Source: Thermoanaerobaculia bacterium (lineage in GTDB: Bacteria; Acidobacteriota; Thermoanaerobaculia; Multivoradales; Multivoraceae). Taken from it: a DNA stretch of 64,000 bases. This document shows, piece after piece, positions 1 to 10,545 of the stretch. The stretch spans positions 4,128,001 to 4,192,000 of the forward strand of contig OY761158.1 in the NCBI GenBank assembly GCA_963664405.1, given 5' to 3'. How positions within the stretch are numbered: position 1 is the stretch's first letter; each line of letters starts with the position of its first letter. The notes under the pieces are model-generated. The model was not told where the DNA came from, did no database searches, and was given only the letters and a program-made list of their open reading frames with translations. The translations under genes and the position numbers were made by a program.

Positions 1-196
1 ATTACTGTGGTTGGGGTCTTGGGAGGTGCTGAGTTGGGTTACCGATTCCCTCGTGTCGGCGTCCTCTGAGGCAGAGGTCCTGAGGATGGATCGCGAGGAT
101 ACTGTCAGCGCACTCATCGTGCCGAGCAGCCAGAACCACATACTACGACCCCCGGCTGGGCAGACGATGCGCACTTTTGCGCGGGGCGGCCGCTGC

Positions 197-1921
197 ATGA
201 CGACGGCTACCTTTCTGTTGCTCGTGCTTCTCGTCGGCGCAAGTGCGAGCTTTGCGCAGCAGGCGACGCCGATCCTGGAGTCAATGCCGCTCACGGTGCC
301 GGTCAAGAACACCCTCGCGTCCTTGCAGGAGAATTGGCTGCAGTGGGACAGCTCGTTTCTCCGCGGAGACGAGGAAGGCGCGCGAATGGCGACCGAGGAC
401 CTTCTCCGAGTGGCTTCGGAGCTCGGAATGTCGCGTCTACCCGACCTCTGTTTTGCGATCTTGGCGCGGGCCTCTGAGGCGGCAGCGGGAGGCCAGACCC
501 AGCGTGCGCGGTGGGCCTTGGAGATGGCGGAGAGTCTCGATCCGGGCCGCCCGGAAACTTCGATGGCGGTAGCGTCGGTGGCTCGCAGACAGGGCCACTA
601 CATCGAAATGACCTTGGAACAGATGCGTGGCTATCTACGCCTGGCGGGGGAGCCGGTGCTGCTGCGACTCTCGCTCGAGAACCTCCTGGTTTGGCTTCTC
701 GCCTCCGTGATTCTCTGTGGCGTCCTCTTTGTTTCGCTCCAGTTGGCAGCGTACGGCTCGTCTCTGATCGAGGATCTGGCGGAGCTCGGCTGTCGCGTCA
801 TGCCGGTGCCTTCGGCCTACCTCGTCGCCCTCGTCGTGGTGATTCTTCCGATCCTCGTTCCATCGGCATGGATCGCGATTCCTTTCTACTGGGCTGTGCT
901 TCTGGCGCGATACTCCTGGCCTCGCGAGCGCTTTGTGCTCGCCGGTGTCCTAGCGGTCTTGGTGGCCACGCCCTTCTTGCTCGAGGCTCAAGCTCGCCGC
1001 GTTCGGGTGGAGATCTCGGGGCCCCTGCGAGCGGTTCGCAGCCTGCATCAAGGAAGGCTTTACGGAGCCCTGTTCAAGGACATAGAGAGCCTTAGGGAGA
1101 AGCTCGGTGACCAGCCAGCTGTGCTCGAGCTCGTTGGTGATTTGCAGCAGCATCTAGGACAGGCCGAGTATGCGAGGTTGCTCTACGAGGATCTGCTTCG
1201 TAGCGAGGCCGTGAACATCGGAGCTCACAACAATCTTGGCGTCTACTATCTGCAGCGGCACGAGATGGCGAAGGCAATCGAGCACTTCGAGCGAGCGGCA
1301 TCCTTCGATCCAGATCGACTCGAGCCTCCCCACAACCTCTATCTTCTCTACCGGGACTATCTGGCCTTCGAGGAGGCGGAAGGTATTCTGGCTCACATAC
1401 GGAGCTTGGCGCCGGACCAGGTCGCTGCATGGGTTCGGGACGGTGGCCCCGACGCGCCCCTGTTGATGCGTGAGGGCTCCGGTCGGCTGCCTGAGATTCG
1501 CGCCGGGCTTCTGGCCGCCGAGGCGGCTAGCTCCGATGAGGGAGCTATGGCGGCACGATCCTCTCGAATCTCGCCGCTCATCATCTTTGCGGTTCTGGCT
1601 ATCGCACTATTTCTTCTTCTCCTCCGCTATGGATCCGGACGACTGTTCCGAGTAACCGGGGCGGATGGCTTGCAGCGAGTCGCGCCTTGGATCCCCGGTC
1701 TCTCGTCTCTTCTCGCCGGCCATAGCGTTCGCGCCTTCGCGGCATTGTTTGTTCCCGTCTCTATCATCCTCCTTCCGCAGATGACGGATCTTGGCTATCG
1801 GCTGCCCTGGGGGTTCGATCCCGGCGTTTCAGCGGCGTGGCTCGTCTGCGTCTTGCTGCTCGTTCTCTACGTCGCAGCGCGGTGGCTGGTCAAACGGACA
1901 AGGAGCATGAATGTGGTCTAG
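197..1921 (+). CDS. TPR-containing membrane protein
   Basis: Signal-peptide-like N-terminus (ASASFAQQ), several TM segments, TPR-like AHNNLGVYYL...AIEHFERA. Start uncertain (ORF open from 11; ATGs at 167 and 197). Confidence 0.7.
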   Translation: MTTATFLLLVLLVGASASFAQQATPILESMPLTVPVKNTLASLQENWLQWDSSFLRGDEEGARMATEDLLRVASELGMSRLPDLCFAILARASEAAAGGQTQRARWALEMAESLDPGRPETSMAVASVARRQGHYIEMTLEQMRGYLRLAGEPVLLRLSLENLLVWLLASVILCGVLFVSLQLAAYGSSLIEDLAELGCRVMPVPSAYLVALVVVILPILVPSAWIAIPFYWAVLLARYSWPRERFVLAGVLAVLVATPFLLEAQARRVRVEISGPLRAVRSLHQGRLYGALFKDIESLREKLGDQPAVLELVGDLQQHLGQAEYARLLYEDLLRSEAVNIGAHNNLGVYYLQRHEMAKAIEHFERAASFDPDRLEPPHNLYLLYRDYLAFEEAEGILAHIRSLAPDQVAAWVRDGGPDAPLLMREGSGRLPEIRAGLLAAEAASSDEGAMAARSSRISPLIIFAVLAIALFLLLLRYGSGRLFRVTGADGLQRVAPWIPGLSSLLAGHSVRAFAALFVPVSIILLPQMTDLGYRLPWGFDPGVSAAWLVCVLLLVLYVAARWLVKRTRSMNVV

Positions 1922-3254
1922 AGGGACTATCTCGGGCGATGCCGTTCTGCGAGTGCTGGTCCAGGTCTCTGCCCAAAGCTCGACCGGCACCCTCACGGTC
2001 CAGGGGGCCGAGGATGTTCTCGCAGTGCGCTTTCGCCAGGGCGAAGTCGTCGGGGCGGATGCGTTGAAGGAGTCTTTCGAGCGCGGTTTCGGTGCTGTGC
2101 TCGTCGAAGAAGAATTGATCAGCCCGCGTCAAGTGGTCGAGGTTGCCGAAGCTGATGTCCAGGGCACCGTTTACGATCATCTGCTCAACACGGGTCTGGT
2201 CGCGTCCGATGATCTCTATCGCTGCCTTCGTGAGCACAGCTATCGTCTCCTTCTCCGCCTTCTTGTTTGGTCGAGTGGCGAGTTTCAGTTCTACGAAGGC
2301 GAAGTGTCATGGAACAGATCCGTCCAGCCTCTCTCGGTTGAGGAGATTCTGGTTAGAGCGTCGCCGAAGATCGAAAGCTTGGTCGGAGGCAGAATAGGTC
2401 CTCTGACCGACGAGGTCTTGCGCCCCGTTCTACAGGGAAGAGCCCCGCGTGTATTGAGCTGGGATGAATCATCGAGCGTCAATGTGGGCGAGGGTGAGTG
2501 GCTCACGCCGCTGGAGGACGCCCTGCTGCGCTCCCTGGATGGGCTGACGCCCGCTTTGGACTTCAAGGACACTCTCGGCATTGACGAGTTCCGTCTGCGC
2601 TTCGCGCTTCACCGGCTACGTTCTGCCGGTCTTGTCGAGCGGGTTGATGATCTGGCACATGGTCTCGACACCGAGACCTCCGCGCCAGACCAGGCCGAAG
2701 CGGCAGCGGAGGGTGTCGATCCAGGCTCGAGTGGTTCTGGCTCAGCGAAGTTTTCCCAGCGCCTCGCTCGCGTCAAGGAGCTCAGTTCGCTTCTCAGCGA
2801 TCTGAGTCGCGGTTTCTCCTACATCTTGGCGGCCGGGCTTGCCGTACTGCTGCTTGTGATGGTTCTTTGGGGTGGCAGCTCCTCCTACCTCCATCATCCC
2901 TTTCCTTGGCAGGAATCTTCTCGTCAGAGCCTCGACAATCTCCGGGCGACGGCCTCCTATCGCGATATCAGTGGCAAGCTGCAGACGTATCACGTTCTCT
3001 TCGGCACCTTCCCTCTCGACTTCGACCCTTTGATGGAGACCGGTCTGGTTTCGGAGAGAACTTTGCGCGATGCTCGCGGACGAGAGATTGCCTTCGAGAG
3101 CCTGGAGCAGGGCTATGTTCTGGAGCTGAGGGTGCTGGGGGAAGCCACTGGCACCAACCGCCTACGCTTCGACGCCAAGGGCGACTTCCTCCTCGACCCG
3201 GAGCGCACTCGGGTTGAAGATGAGAATGAGCAGCCCCTGTTCGTAATCGACTAG
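1911..3254 (+). CDS. DUF4388 domain membrane protein
   Basis: N-terminal GTISG..VL..STGTLTV..F..GEVV and WSSGEFQF pattern typical of DUF4388; one TM segment; overlaps upstream gene. Confidence 0.7.
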   Translation: MWSRGTISGDAVLRVLVQVSAQSSTGTLTVQGAEDVLAVRFRQGEVVGADALKESFERGFGAVLVEEELISPRQVVEVAEADVQGTVYDHLLNTGLVASDDLYRCLREHSYRLLLRLLVWSSGEFQFYEGEVSWNRSVQPLSVEEILVRASPKIESLVGGRIGPLTDEVLRPVLQGRAPRVLSWDESSSVNVGEGEWLTPLEDALLRSLDGLTPALDFKDTLGIDEFRLRFALHRLRSAGLVERVDDLAHGLDTETSAPDQAEAAAEGVDPGSSGSGSAKFSQRLARVKELSSLLSDLSRGFSYILAAGLAVLLLVMVLWGGSSSYLHHPFPWQESSRQSLDNLRATASYRDISGKLQTYHVLFGTFPLDFDPLMETGLVSERTLRDARGREIAFESLEQGYVLELRVLGEATGTNRLRFDAKGDFLLDPERTRVEDENEQPLFVID

Positions 3255-3494
3255 ACCAGCGTTTCCGAAGTTCGAGTCGCATAGCTCGAGGTCATTCTGT
3301 TCGCTGGCTAGGAGCCTGCAAGGCAGGCGAGTAGTTCTCAGGCGGGGATGGGCCGGAGAACGGGCCGCAGGTCCGTTTTCCGGGGCGAGGCGCGCCGAGG
3401 CAGGCATATTGGGAATCTGTCGAGGAGGTGCAACGCTGCCAGCGGGCAGAAGGGGCCGAGATAGGTGGCGCGAACTTTGGAAACGCTGGTCTAG
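3251..3494 (+). mobile_element. MITE-like hairpin element, family I copy A (with nested family II insert)
   Basis: TIRs CTAGACCAGCGTTTCCGAAGTTCG / CGAACTTTGGAAACGCTGGTCTAG (23/24); core shared with 41064-41230 and 43111-43278. Confidence 0.8.
3308..3389 (+). repeat. Family II two-hairpin element, diverged copy nested in family I copy A
   Basis: CAGGCGAGTAGTTCTCAGGCGGGGATGGGCCGGAGAACGGGCCGCAGGTCCGTTTTCCGGGGC matches the copies at 14185-14275 and 57309-57399; this stretch is absent from the other family I copies. Confidence 0.8.
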
Positions 3495-3641
3495 GGGTCA
3501 AGAGGTCGGGGCTCCTCTCCTCCGGGACTCTCCTCGAGCTTCTCCCTCCGCCAAGAACCTCCTCGCCCGCCGCTCGAAAGCGCCTCTTCTAGGACGCTGC
3601 AGCGATCTCGCCCTTTTCCTTCCCACAGGATGGGAATAAAT

Positions 3642-3707
3642 CTTAGCTATTTATTGTCATATATAGTGATGGTAGGACTTGACATGAAAGCACTGAGGTT
3701 CTAGTGT
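3642..3707 (+). promoter_or_regulatory. sigma70 promoter of dnaK-hspR overlapped by HAIR-like HspR operator(s)
   Basis: TTGACA-N17-TAGTGT; CTTGACA-N7-ACTGAGG (3678-3698) resembles HAIR CTTGAGT-N7-ACTCAAG; second inverted TGACA-N8-CTAAG site at about 3642-3659. Confidence 0.6.
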
Positions 3708-3739
3708 CTGCTTCCTGGAACCCAAGGAGGAGTAACCCT

Positions 3740-5653
3740 GTGAGCAAGATTATCGGTATCGATCTAGGCACGACGAACAGCGTGGTGTCGGTTATGGAGG
3801 GAGGGGAGGCCAAGGTCATTCCCAACGCTGAGGGTAGTCGTACGACTGCCTCGGTGGTCGCCTTTACCAAGAGCGGAGAACGACTGGCGGGCCAAGTTGC
3901 CAAGCGTCAGTCGATCACCAACCCGCAGAACACGGTCTTCTCGATCAAGCGCTTCATGGGGCGGCGCTTCGATGAGGTAAGTGAGGAGTCGAAGATGGTG
4001 CCCTACCAGCTTCATCGTGCGGAAAACGGCGATGTGCGAGTGGTGGCCGAGGGCAAGCATTACTCGCCGCCCGAAATCTCGGCGATGATCCTGCAAAAGC
4101 TCAAGAGTGCGGCGGAAGACTATCTCGGCGACAAGGTCGAGCGAGCGGTCATCACCGTGCCCGCGTACTTTAATGACGCCCAGCGGCAGGCCACAAAGGA
4201 CGCTGGTCGTATTGCCGGCCTCGAGGTCGAGAGACTCGTCAACGAGCCCACGGCGGCTGCACTCGCCTATGGCCTGGACAAGAAATCGGATCAGACCATC
4301 GCGGTCTACGACTTCGGTGGCGGTACTTTCGACATCTCGATTCTGGAGGTGGGTGAGGGTGTTGTCGAGGTGAAGGCCACTAATGGCGATACCCATCTTG
4401 GCGGCGACAATCTGGATCAGCGCATCATCGAGTGGCTCCTGGATGAGTTCAAGAAGGACCAGGGGATCGACCTGGGGCAGGATCCGATGGCCATGCAGCG
4501 GCTCAAAGAGGCGGCGGAGAAGGCGAAGATCGAGCTCTCGACAGCCCAGCAGAGCGAAATCAATCTGCCCTTCGTCACCGCCGATGCCTCCGGCCCCAAG
4601 CATCTGACCCTGAGCCTTTCTCGCGCCAAGCTCGAGCAGTTGGTCGAGGACATCGTCAAGAGGTCGGTTGCACCCTGCCGGCAGGCCTTGAAAGATGCCG
4701 GAATGCAGCCTGGCGATGTCGACGAGGTCGTTCTTGTCGGTGGCCAGACTCGGATGCCGATCGTTCAGAAGGTGGTCGAGGACATCTTCGGCAAGCCGCC
4801 TCACAAAGGCGTCAATCCGGACGAGGTCGTGGCGATCGGGGCCGCAATTCAAGGTGGCGTTCTCGCCGGCGACGTCAAGGACGTACTACTTCTCGACGTG
4901 ACGCCTCTGTCGCTCGGGATCGAGACGCTCGGCGGGGTTTTCACCCGTCTGATCGATCGCAATACGACCATCCCAACGCGCAAGAGCGAGACCTTTTCGA
5001 CTGCGGCTGACAGCCAGACCTCGGTAGAGGTCCACGTTCTCCAGGGAGAGCGCGAGATGGCGCCCGATAATCGTACGCTGGGTCGCTTCCACCTGGTGGG
5101 TATAACGGCGGCTCCTCGCGGTGTGCCGCAGATCGAAGTCGCGTTCGATATCGATGCGAACGGCATCGTCAATGTTTCCGCAAAGGATCTCGGGACCGGC
5201 AAAGAGCAGCGGATCACGATCAGTGGTTCCAGTGGTCTCGAGGAGGACGACATCCAGCGGATGGTGAAGGACGCCGATGAGCATGGCGAGGAGGATCTCG
5301 CCAAGCGTCAGGTGGTCGAGAGCCGGAATCGGCTCGACAGCCTGGTCTACAACAGCGACAAGTCCTTTGGAGAGCACAAGGACAAGCTCTCCGCCGAGGA
5401 CCAGGGGAAGATGCAAGAAGCTCTCAGCGAGGCTAAGAAGGCCCTCGAGGGCGACGACGCGGCCGTGATGGACGCAGCTATGCAAAGTCTCGAACAGGCA
5501 TCGCACAAACTGGCTGAGCACATGTATCAGCAGGCTCCTGGGGGTGGGCCTGAAGGTGCCCCTCCGGGTCCCGGCGGCGAGGGCGAGCCGGCTTCCGGTT
5601 CCGATGATGAGGTCATAGACGCCGAGTTTGTCGACGTCGACGAGTCGAAGTGA
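3740..5653 (+). CDS. dnaK: Chaperone DnaK (Hsp70), copy 1
   Basis: [39 protein letters not shown]-terminal EVIDAEF; GTG start after AGGAGG. Confidence 0.98.
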   Translation: MSKIIGIDLGTTNSVVSVMEGGEAKVIPNAEGSRTTASVVAFTKSGERLAGQVAKRQSITNPQNTVFSIKRFMGRRFDEVSEESKMVPYQLHRAENGDVRVVAEGKHYSPPEISAMILQKLKSAAEDYLGDKVERAVITVPAYFNDAQRQATKDAGRIAGLEVERLVNEPTAAALAYGLDKKSDQTIAVYDFGGGTFDISILEVGEGVVEVKATNGDTHLGGDNLDQRIIEWLLDEFKKDQGIDLGQDPMAMQRLKEAAEKAKIELSTAQQSEINLPFVTADASGPKHLTLSLSRAKLEQLVEDIVKRSVAPCRQALKDAGMQPGDVDEVVLVGGQTRMPIVQKVVEDIFGKPPHKGVNPDEVVAIGAAIQGGVLAGDVKDVLLLDVTPLSLGIETLGGVFTRLIDRNTTIPTRKSETFSTAADSQTSVEVHVLQGEREMAPDNRTLGRFHLVGITAAPRGVPQIEVAFDIDANGIVNVSAKDLGTGKEQRITISGSSGLEEDDIQRMVKDADEHGEEDLAKRQVVESRNRLDSLVYNSDKSFGEHKDKLSAEDQGKMQEALSEAKKALEGDDAAVMDAAMQSLEQASHKLAEHMYQQAPGGGPEGAPPGPGGEGEPASGSDDEVIDAEFVDVDESK

Positions 5654-5712
5654 CGAAGGCGGTAGGCGCCGGTGAGCCGGCGCCTACCAGCCCGATCGTG
5701 AGGGCAAGTGTC

Positions 5713-6081
5713 ATGGCGAAGAGAGAACGCAAGTACGTGATGATCAGCACGGTGGCGGAGCGCTTCGACATTCATCCGCAGACCCTCCGCCTTTACGAGA
5801 GGGAAGGCCTTCTTGAACCCACTCGAAGTGCCGGCAACACGCGGCTCTACGACTCGGCAACGTTGGATCGGCTTGAGTTGATTCTTACCTTGACCCGGGA
5901 TATGGGTGTGAACCTCGCCGGAGTGGAGGTCATTCTCCGACTCCGAGAGCAGCTTGATGAGCTGCGGCGGCGAGTCGAGGCACTAGAGGGTCGGCTCCAG
6001 GAGGACGGAGAAGGCTCGGTGACTGTGCGCCGCAACTTCTCGTTGGTTCGCGTTGAAGGCGGCCCGTTGGTAAAGCCGTAG
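5713..6081 (+). CDS. hspR: MerR-family heat-shock repressor HspR
   Basis: ISTVAERFDIHPQTLRLYEREGLL..R..GNTRLY, MGVNLAGVEVIL; directly after dnaK. Confidence 0.88.
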   Translation: MAKRERKYVMISTVAERFDIHPQTLRLYEREGLLEPTRSAGNTRLYDSATLDRLELILTLTRDMGVNLAGVEVILRLREQLDELRRRVEALEGRLQEDGEGSVTVRRNFSLVRVEGGPLVKP

Positions 6082-6155
6082 CTCTTGGAGCGGAGGGCCT
6101 TCAATTTCGATCGCGAGCGCCTTCTCCGAAGGCGACCCCGTGCTACGATCCGAGC

Positions 6156-6962
6156 GTGGTTGTTCCCGTCGAGTCGACGGACGTATGTGCCGACTGTGGC
6201 GGTCAGGGCTGGGTCTCCAGCGACGAAGAGCTCGGTCTCGTTCGACGTTGTAGGTGCCGCACCACTCGGGACGTGGGGCGCCTTCTAAGACACGCCCAGA
6301 TTCCTCCACGCTATCGGAATTGTCGGCTGGCGGGCTTTCAGGCATCCGATCACCGTAGCGCCGGGAGAGCGCAGCTGGTGCGAGCGAAGAGTCTCTGCCG
6401 TCGGTACGTGGATGACTTTCTTCGTGACGAGGACGGGCGGCGCTTTTGCGACACCGGGCTGCTTTTTGCTGGGCCGCCGGGTGTCGGAAAGACCCATCTC
6501 GCGGCTGCCGTCCTCGCTGAGCTGATCGAGACTTACCGTGTCCGGGGCCGTTTCGTCGACCTCACCGCTCTCACCCATGAGTTGCAGGCCTTGATGGATC
6601 CGGAATCCGATCGGTCCCGCGGCTCCATACTCCGTCCCATCGAGAGTGCCGAGATTCTGGTTCTCGACGAGCTGGGGTCGCAGAAGTCGACGCCGTGGTC
6701 GAGAGACGTACTCTACAATCTCATCAATCGGCGCTACGCAAAGCGGCTACCGACGCTTTTTACGACTAACTTTCGTCTCGACCAGGGAGCTTCGGAGGAC
6801 GAGTCTCTTGATCGTACTCTTGACACTGGTCGCGCGGAGCTCCTCTCCTATCGGATCCCAGCGGTGTTGGTGAGCCGTCTGCACGAGATGGCGCAGCCCA
6901 TCTCTCTCGATGCGGTCAGTGACTATCGTCGAGAGGTTCGATCCCACCAGCACCAGGGCTAG
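6156..6962 (+). CDS. DnaC/IstB-like AAA+ ATPase (probable helicase loader)
   Basis: N-terminal CxxC...CxC, IPPRY, Walker A GPPGVGKT, Walker B LVLDELG, TTNF, SRLHEM. Confidence 0.8.
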   Translation: MVVPVESTDVCADCGGQGWVSSDEELGLVRRCRCRTTRDVGRLLRHAQIPPRYRNCRLAGFQASDHRSAGRAQLVRAKSLCRRYVDDFLRDEDGRRFCDTGLLFAGPPGVGKTHLAAAVLAELIETYRVRGRFVDLTALTHELQALMDPESDRSRGSILRPIESAEILVLDELGSQKSTPWSRDVLYNLINRRYAKRLPTLFTTNFRLDQGASEDESLDRTLDTGRAELLSYRIPAVLVSRLHEMAQPISLDAVSDYRREVRSHQHQG

Positions 6963-6968
6963 CGGTAG

Positions 6969-9023
6969 ATGGCTAGGGTCGCCGTCACTTTCGCCTGTCT
7001 GCTGCTTTGCGCCGCCGTGGACGCAGCCGAGGTTGCTCGTGGCGATCTGGCAGCTTATCCCTATGATGACGGTGTCCTGGTCCGAGTGGGGCTGAGAACA
7101 GACCTCGCAGAGCTCGCTCTGCCCTGTTGCCTCGAGGATGGCGTGATGGTCGTAGGCACGACGCGAGAAGCGCTTCACGGCTCACTGCGAGTGCAACCCG
7201 GTGCGGTCGGCGGCAAGCAGGTTTTTCGGGTGCAGGTTGCCGCGTTGAAAGACGAGGCGCAGGCCGTCGCCTTGGCCGAACGTGCCGACGAGCTGACCGG
7301 GGTCTCCTCGGACACGGTTTTTGACATTGCCTCATCCTTCTATCGAGTCCGCATCGGGCGTTTCGAGAGCCGCGAGCTCGCCGAGAGCCAGCGCGACCTC
7401 TTCGCTGAGCGCGGTCTCACAGGCGGTTGGGTCGTGACCGAGGGGGCGGCCTTCGAGCGCCCTTTGTTACGACTGACTCTTGCTAACGAGCAGCGCGTTG
7501 TCGAAGGAAGGTGGATTGGGCTGGAAGCGCGCCGAGGAGAGCAGGTACGACTCGGCAGCGGCAGCTTTCGGGGTCGGATCTTGATCTATCTGAACGATCG
7601 AGGCCTGCTCAATCTGATCAACGAAGTTCCCCTGGAAGACTACCTTCGAGGAGTAGTCCCTCTCGAGATGGGGCCGGAGCTGTACCGAAATCTCGAGTCG
7701 TTGAAGGCTCAGGCTGTAGCGGCGAGAACCTTCGCCATGCACAACGCCGGCGGTTTTTTCGCCGAGGGCTACGACATCTGCGCTTCGCCGCGCTGTCAGG
7801 TGTACGGCGGCGCGGATGTCGAGCACCCTCTTTCCGATCGTGCCATTGCCGCCACCGCCGGAGAAGTCGTGATTCACGAGGGCCAGATCGCTGAAGCGCT
7901 CTATAGCGCCTCGTGCGGAGGGTTCACCGAGAATGTCGAGACCGTGTTTCCCCACAAGAGAGCTCGCTATCTGCGAGGTGTGCCGTGCCCGGAAGCGGGA
8001 GCGACGTCGCTACGGGGCGCTGTGGCCGAGGGTACTCCGATGGCCGCGGGCGTAATGCGGGCGCTGATTCCCCAGACTGGCGGCGGCGGGCCGGCGGAGT
8101 ACGAGGGCCGACTAAAGGAGGTGGCTCGACTTGCCTCGTTACCCGTTCCTCGAGACTCTCTTTCCTCGCTCGATCGGGACGAAGTGAGGCGCTACCTTGC
8201 GTCCCTCTTTGATCTGGTCCTGGATGCCCGCTTGCTACGTGCCCAAGCGGCGCCCTCCAACGTGCAGTGGAGCTCAGTCGAGCGCAGGCTCCACCAGCGC
8301 TTCGCGAGGGGAGAGGGCGCTTTGAACCGGCCCATGACGGACACTCAGCTCGAAGAGGTTCTTCTGGATCTGACCCGACTCCTCGGGCTCACGAGGGAGG
8401 AGCTTGCTTACTTTCTTCACCTCGGTTCCGGTGGTCTCGAAGTGCGGGCTCGCGGCGAGAAACGCCTCCTTTCTTTGACCCCGCAGCTCGGCACCTTTCG
8501 TTTGCGGGACGGGAGGTTCGTGGCGGGAAGCCTGAAGCTAGCAGCCGGGGATCGACTGCGCCTGGTGTGGAGTGCTGATCGGCTTCTCGGTGTGGCTCAG
8601 GAGCGCTCGGTCGCAGCTTTAGCGCCTGGAAAGACTGCCTGGAGGCGCTTTCGTAGCGATCGCGATCTGGGACGGTCGCTGCAGGTCGTCTATCCCGGTT
8701 TTGCCTTGGCGGATCTCGAGGTCGTATCTCGAGGTGTCTCGGGCCGGGTTGGCCAGCTTCGCCTCCATGACGCTTCGGGCGAGACAGTGCTGGTCGAAGG
8801 GCTGGCGGTGCGCTGGACGCTGGATACGCCGGACACTTGGTTCGATCTGCGACGAGGGACCCAGGATGGCCACTCCGGTTGGGTCTTTGACGGACGGGGT
8901 CGTGGGCACGGGGTCGGAATGTGCCAGCTCGGTGCCTTTGCCATGGGCCAGCGCGGACACACCTATCGCGAGATCCTGGCTCATTACTACACCGGTGCGA
9001 AGCTCGGCCGCCTGAGCGGTTGA
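6969..9023 (+). CDS. SpoIID/LytB domain protein with SPOR domain
   Basis: LEDYLRGVVPLEM, LKAQAVAART, CQVYGG, GHGVGMCQ.GA, ILAHYY; SPOR-like FRVQVAA/YRVRIG. Confidence 0.9.
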   Translation: MARVAVTFACLLLCAAVDAAEVARGDLAAYPYDDGVLVRVGLRTDLAELALPCCLEDGVMVVGTTREALHGSLRVQPGAVGGKQVFRVQVAALKDEAQAVALAERADELTGVSSDTVFDIASSFYRVRIGRFESRELAESQRDLFAERGLTGGWVVTEGAAFERPLLRLTLANEQRVVEGRWIGLEARRGEQVRLGSGSFRGRILIYLNDRGLLNLINEVPLEDYLRGVVPLEMGPELYRNLESLKAQAVAARTFAMHNAGGFFAEGYDICASPRCQVYGGADVEHPLSDRAIAATAGEVVIHEGQIAEALYSASCGGFTENVETVFPHKRARYLRGVPCPEAGATSLRGAVAEGTPMAAGVMRALIPQTGGGGPAEYEGRLKEVARLASLPVPRDSLSSLDRDEVRRYLASLFDLVLDARLLRAQAAPSNVQWSSVERRLHQRFARGEGALNRPMTDTQLEEVLLDLTRLLGLTREELAYFLHLGSGGLEVRARGEKRLLSLTPQLGTFRLRDGRFVAGSLKLAAGDRLRLVWSADRLLGVAQERSVAALAPGKTAWRRFRSDRDLGRSLQVVYPGFALADLEVVSRGVSGRVGQLRLHDASGETVLVEGLAVRWTLDTPDTWFDLRRGTQDGHSGWVFDGRGRGHGVGMCQLGAFAMGQRGHTYREILAHYYTGAKLGRLSG

Positions 9024-9038
9024 GCTACCCGAGGTCGA

Positions 9039-10016
9039 ATGACAGCTCCTAACGAGATGGCCGCGGATCTTCTCGCCGGGGTCCTGGCGCGAAATCGACG
9101 AGCTTTGGGTCGGGCTCTGTCCGTTCTCGAAGACAGGACGAAGGAAGCCTCTTGGTTGCTTGGCCAGCTCTATGCACTGAGCGGGAATGCCCGCGTGGTG
9201 GGGATCACTGGACCCCCCGGCTGCGGCAAGAGCACTCTGGTGGAGGCGCTGACGAAGAGCTACCGAGGCCTCGGGCTGAGTGTGGGCATCCTGGCAGTTG
9301 ATCCGACCAGCCCATACACCGGCGGCGCTTTGCTGGGCGACCGAGTGAGAATGCAGGCTCTCGCCACGGACTCCGGCGTCTTCATCCGTTCGATGGCCAC
9401 TCGCGGCGCTATGGGAGGCTTAGCGCTTGCCACTCGCGACTCGGTCGACCTGCTTGACGCGGCGGGCTACGATCGGATCTTGGTCGAAACGGTGGGAGTT
9501 GGGCAGGACGAAGTCGATGTCATTCGCACCGTAGACGAGGTCATCGTGGTCACTGTTCCGGGGCTAGGTGACGAGATTCAAGCGATTAAGGCTGGAATCA
9601 TGGAGATTGCCGACATCTTCGTCGTTAACAAAGCGGACCGGCCTGGCGCCGAGCTTGCCGTGCGGGACCTTCGTGCTGCCCTCGAGATGGCAGAGGCTGA
9701 GGGTGTGAAGCCGCCCATTCTCACCACTGTTGCAAGCGAAGGCGATGGCGTCGACGATCTACGCGAGAATATCGAGCAGCGCTACGATGCGATGGAATCG
9801 AACGGCGACCTCCTTAGACGGCGCTTTCTTCATCTCCGCTTGCGAGTAGAGAATATTTTGCAGCGGAGGATCCTCGCAGCTGCGGCCGATCTGCTGGATC
9901 TGGAGGCCGAGCTGGTTATTGCGTGGGAGCAACGGACCGATCCCTACACGCTTGCCGATCGCCTCTTCGCTGGCGTCCTGTCGCACTACGGCGAGCCAGG
10001 TCGCCCGCGGGGATGA
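9039..10016 (+). CDS. meaB: Methylmalonyl-CoA mutase-associated GTPase MeaB
   Basis: GITGPPGCGKST, AVDPTSP..GGALLGDRVRM, ETVGVGQDE, IQAIKAGIMEIAD. Confidence 0.95.
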   Translation: MTAPNEMAADLLAGVLARNRRALGRALSVLEDRTKEASWLLGQLYALSGNARVVGITGPPGCGKSTLVEALTKSYRGLGLSVGILAVDPTSPYTGGALLGDRVRMQALATDSGVFIRSMATRGAMGGLALATRDSVDLLDAAGYDRILVETVGVGQDEVDVIRTVDEVIVVTVPGLGDEIQAIKAGIMEIADIFVVNKADRPGAELAVRDLRAALEMAEAEGVKPPILTTVASEGDGVDDLRENIEQRYDAMESNGDLLRRRFLHLRLRVENILQRRILAAAADLLDLEAELVIAWEQRTDPYTLADRLFAGVLSHYGEPGRPRG

Positions 10017-10113
10017 TGGTTCGAGGGCCGGCGGCGGCCGCGCCAGATGTTAGGGTCATGCTCCGCTCCAATTGGCAGGAGACTGAGCGGATCCATCTTC
10101 GAGGGGAGCAGAG

Positions 10114-10545
10114 TTGATTCGGGGAATCGAGCACATCGGTATTGCAGTGCGATCCATTGAGGAGGCGCGCACCTTCTATGAGTCCCTCGGCCTGGTAGTG
10201 GAAGAGATCGAAGAGGTGCCTCAGGAGGGAGTGCGAGTCGCGATGATCCCCTGTGGCGAGTCGCGAATTGAGCTGCTCGAGCCTACCCGGGACGATTCGC
10301 CGGTGGCGAAATTTCTGGACAAGCGTGGGCCGGGTCTCCACCACTTGTGTCTCGCCAGCGATGGAGTCGAAGAGGACGACCGCCGACTTCGTGAAGAGGG
10401 TGTGCAGCTCTTGCGCCCTGAGCCCTCTCCGGGGGCCGGCGGTGCCACGGTGCAGTTCGTTCATCCGCGAAGTAGTCGCGGAGTCCTAGTTGAGCTGTCA
10501 GAGCTGGCGCTGCCCGGCAGCGACGGGGTTCGAAGCGATGATTGA
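10114..10545 (+). CDS. mce: Methylmalonyl-CoA epimerase
   Basis: IEHIGIAV, IELLEP..SPVAKFL.KRGPGLHH, FVHP..GVLVEL; next to meaB. Confidence 0.92.
   Translation: MIRGIEHIGIAVRSIEEARTFYESLGLVVEEIEEVPQEGVRVAMIPCGESRIELLEPTRDDSPVAKFLDKRGPGLHHLCLASDGVEEDDRRLREEGVQLLRPEPSPGAGGATVQFVHPRSSRGVLVELSELALPGSDGVRSDD

Noticed and set aside
1-117. Possible start of a minus-strand gene (ATG at 117)
   Set aside because: Only 39 codons are visible with no recognisable motif, so it cannot be supported.
3764-4852. 362-aa antisense ORF (also 28670-30049, 36210-37436, 48024-49388, 54163-55164)
   Set aside because: Shadow frames opposite well-conserved genes in high-GC DNA, with no recognisable motifs.
6156-6962. 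IS21 element (istB)
   Set aside because: No istA transposase and no terminal repeats.
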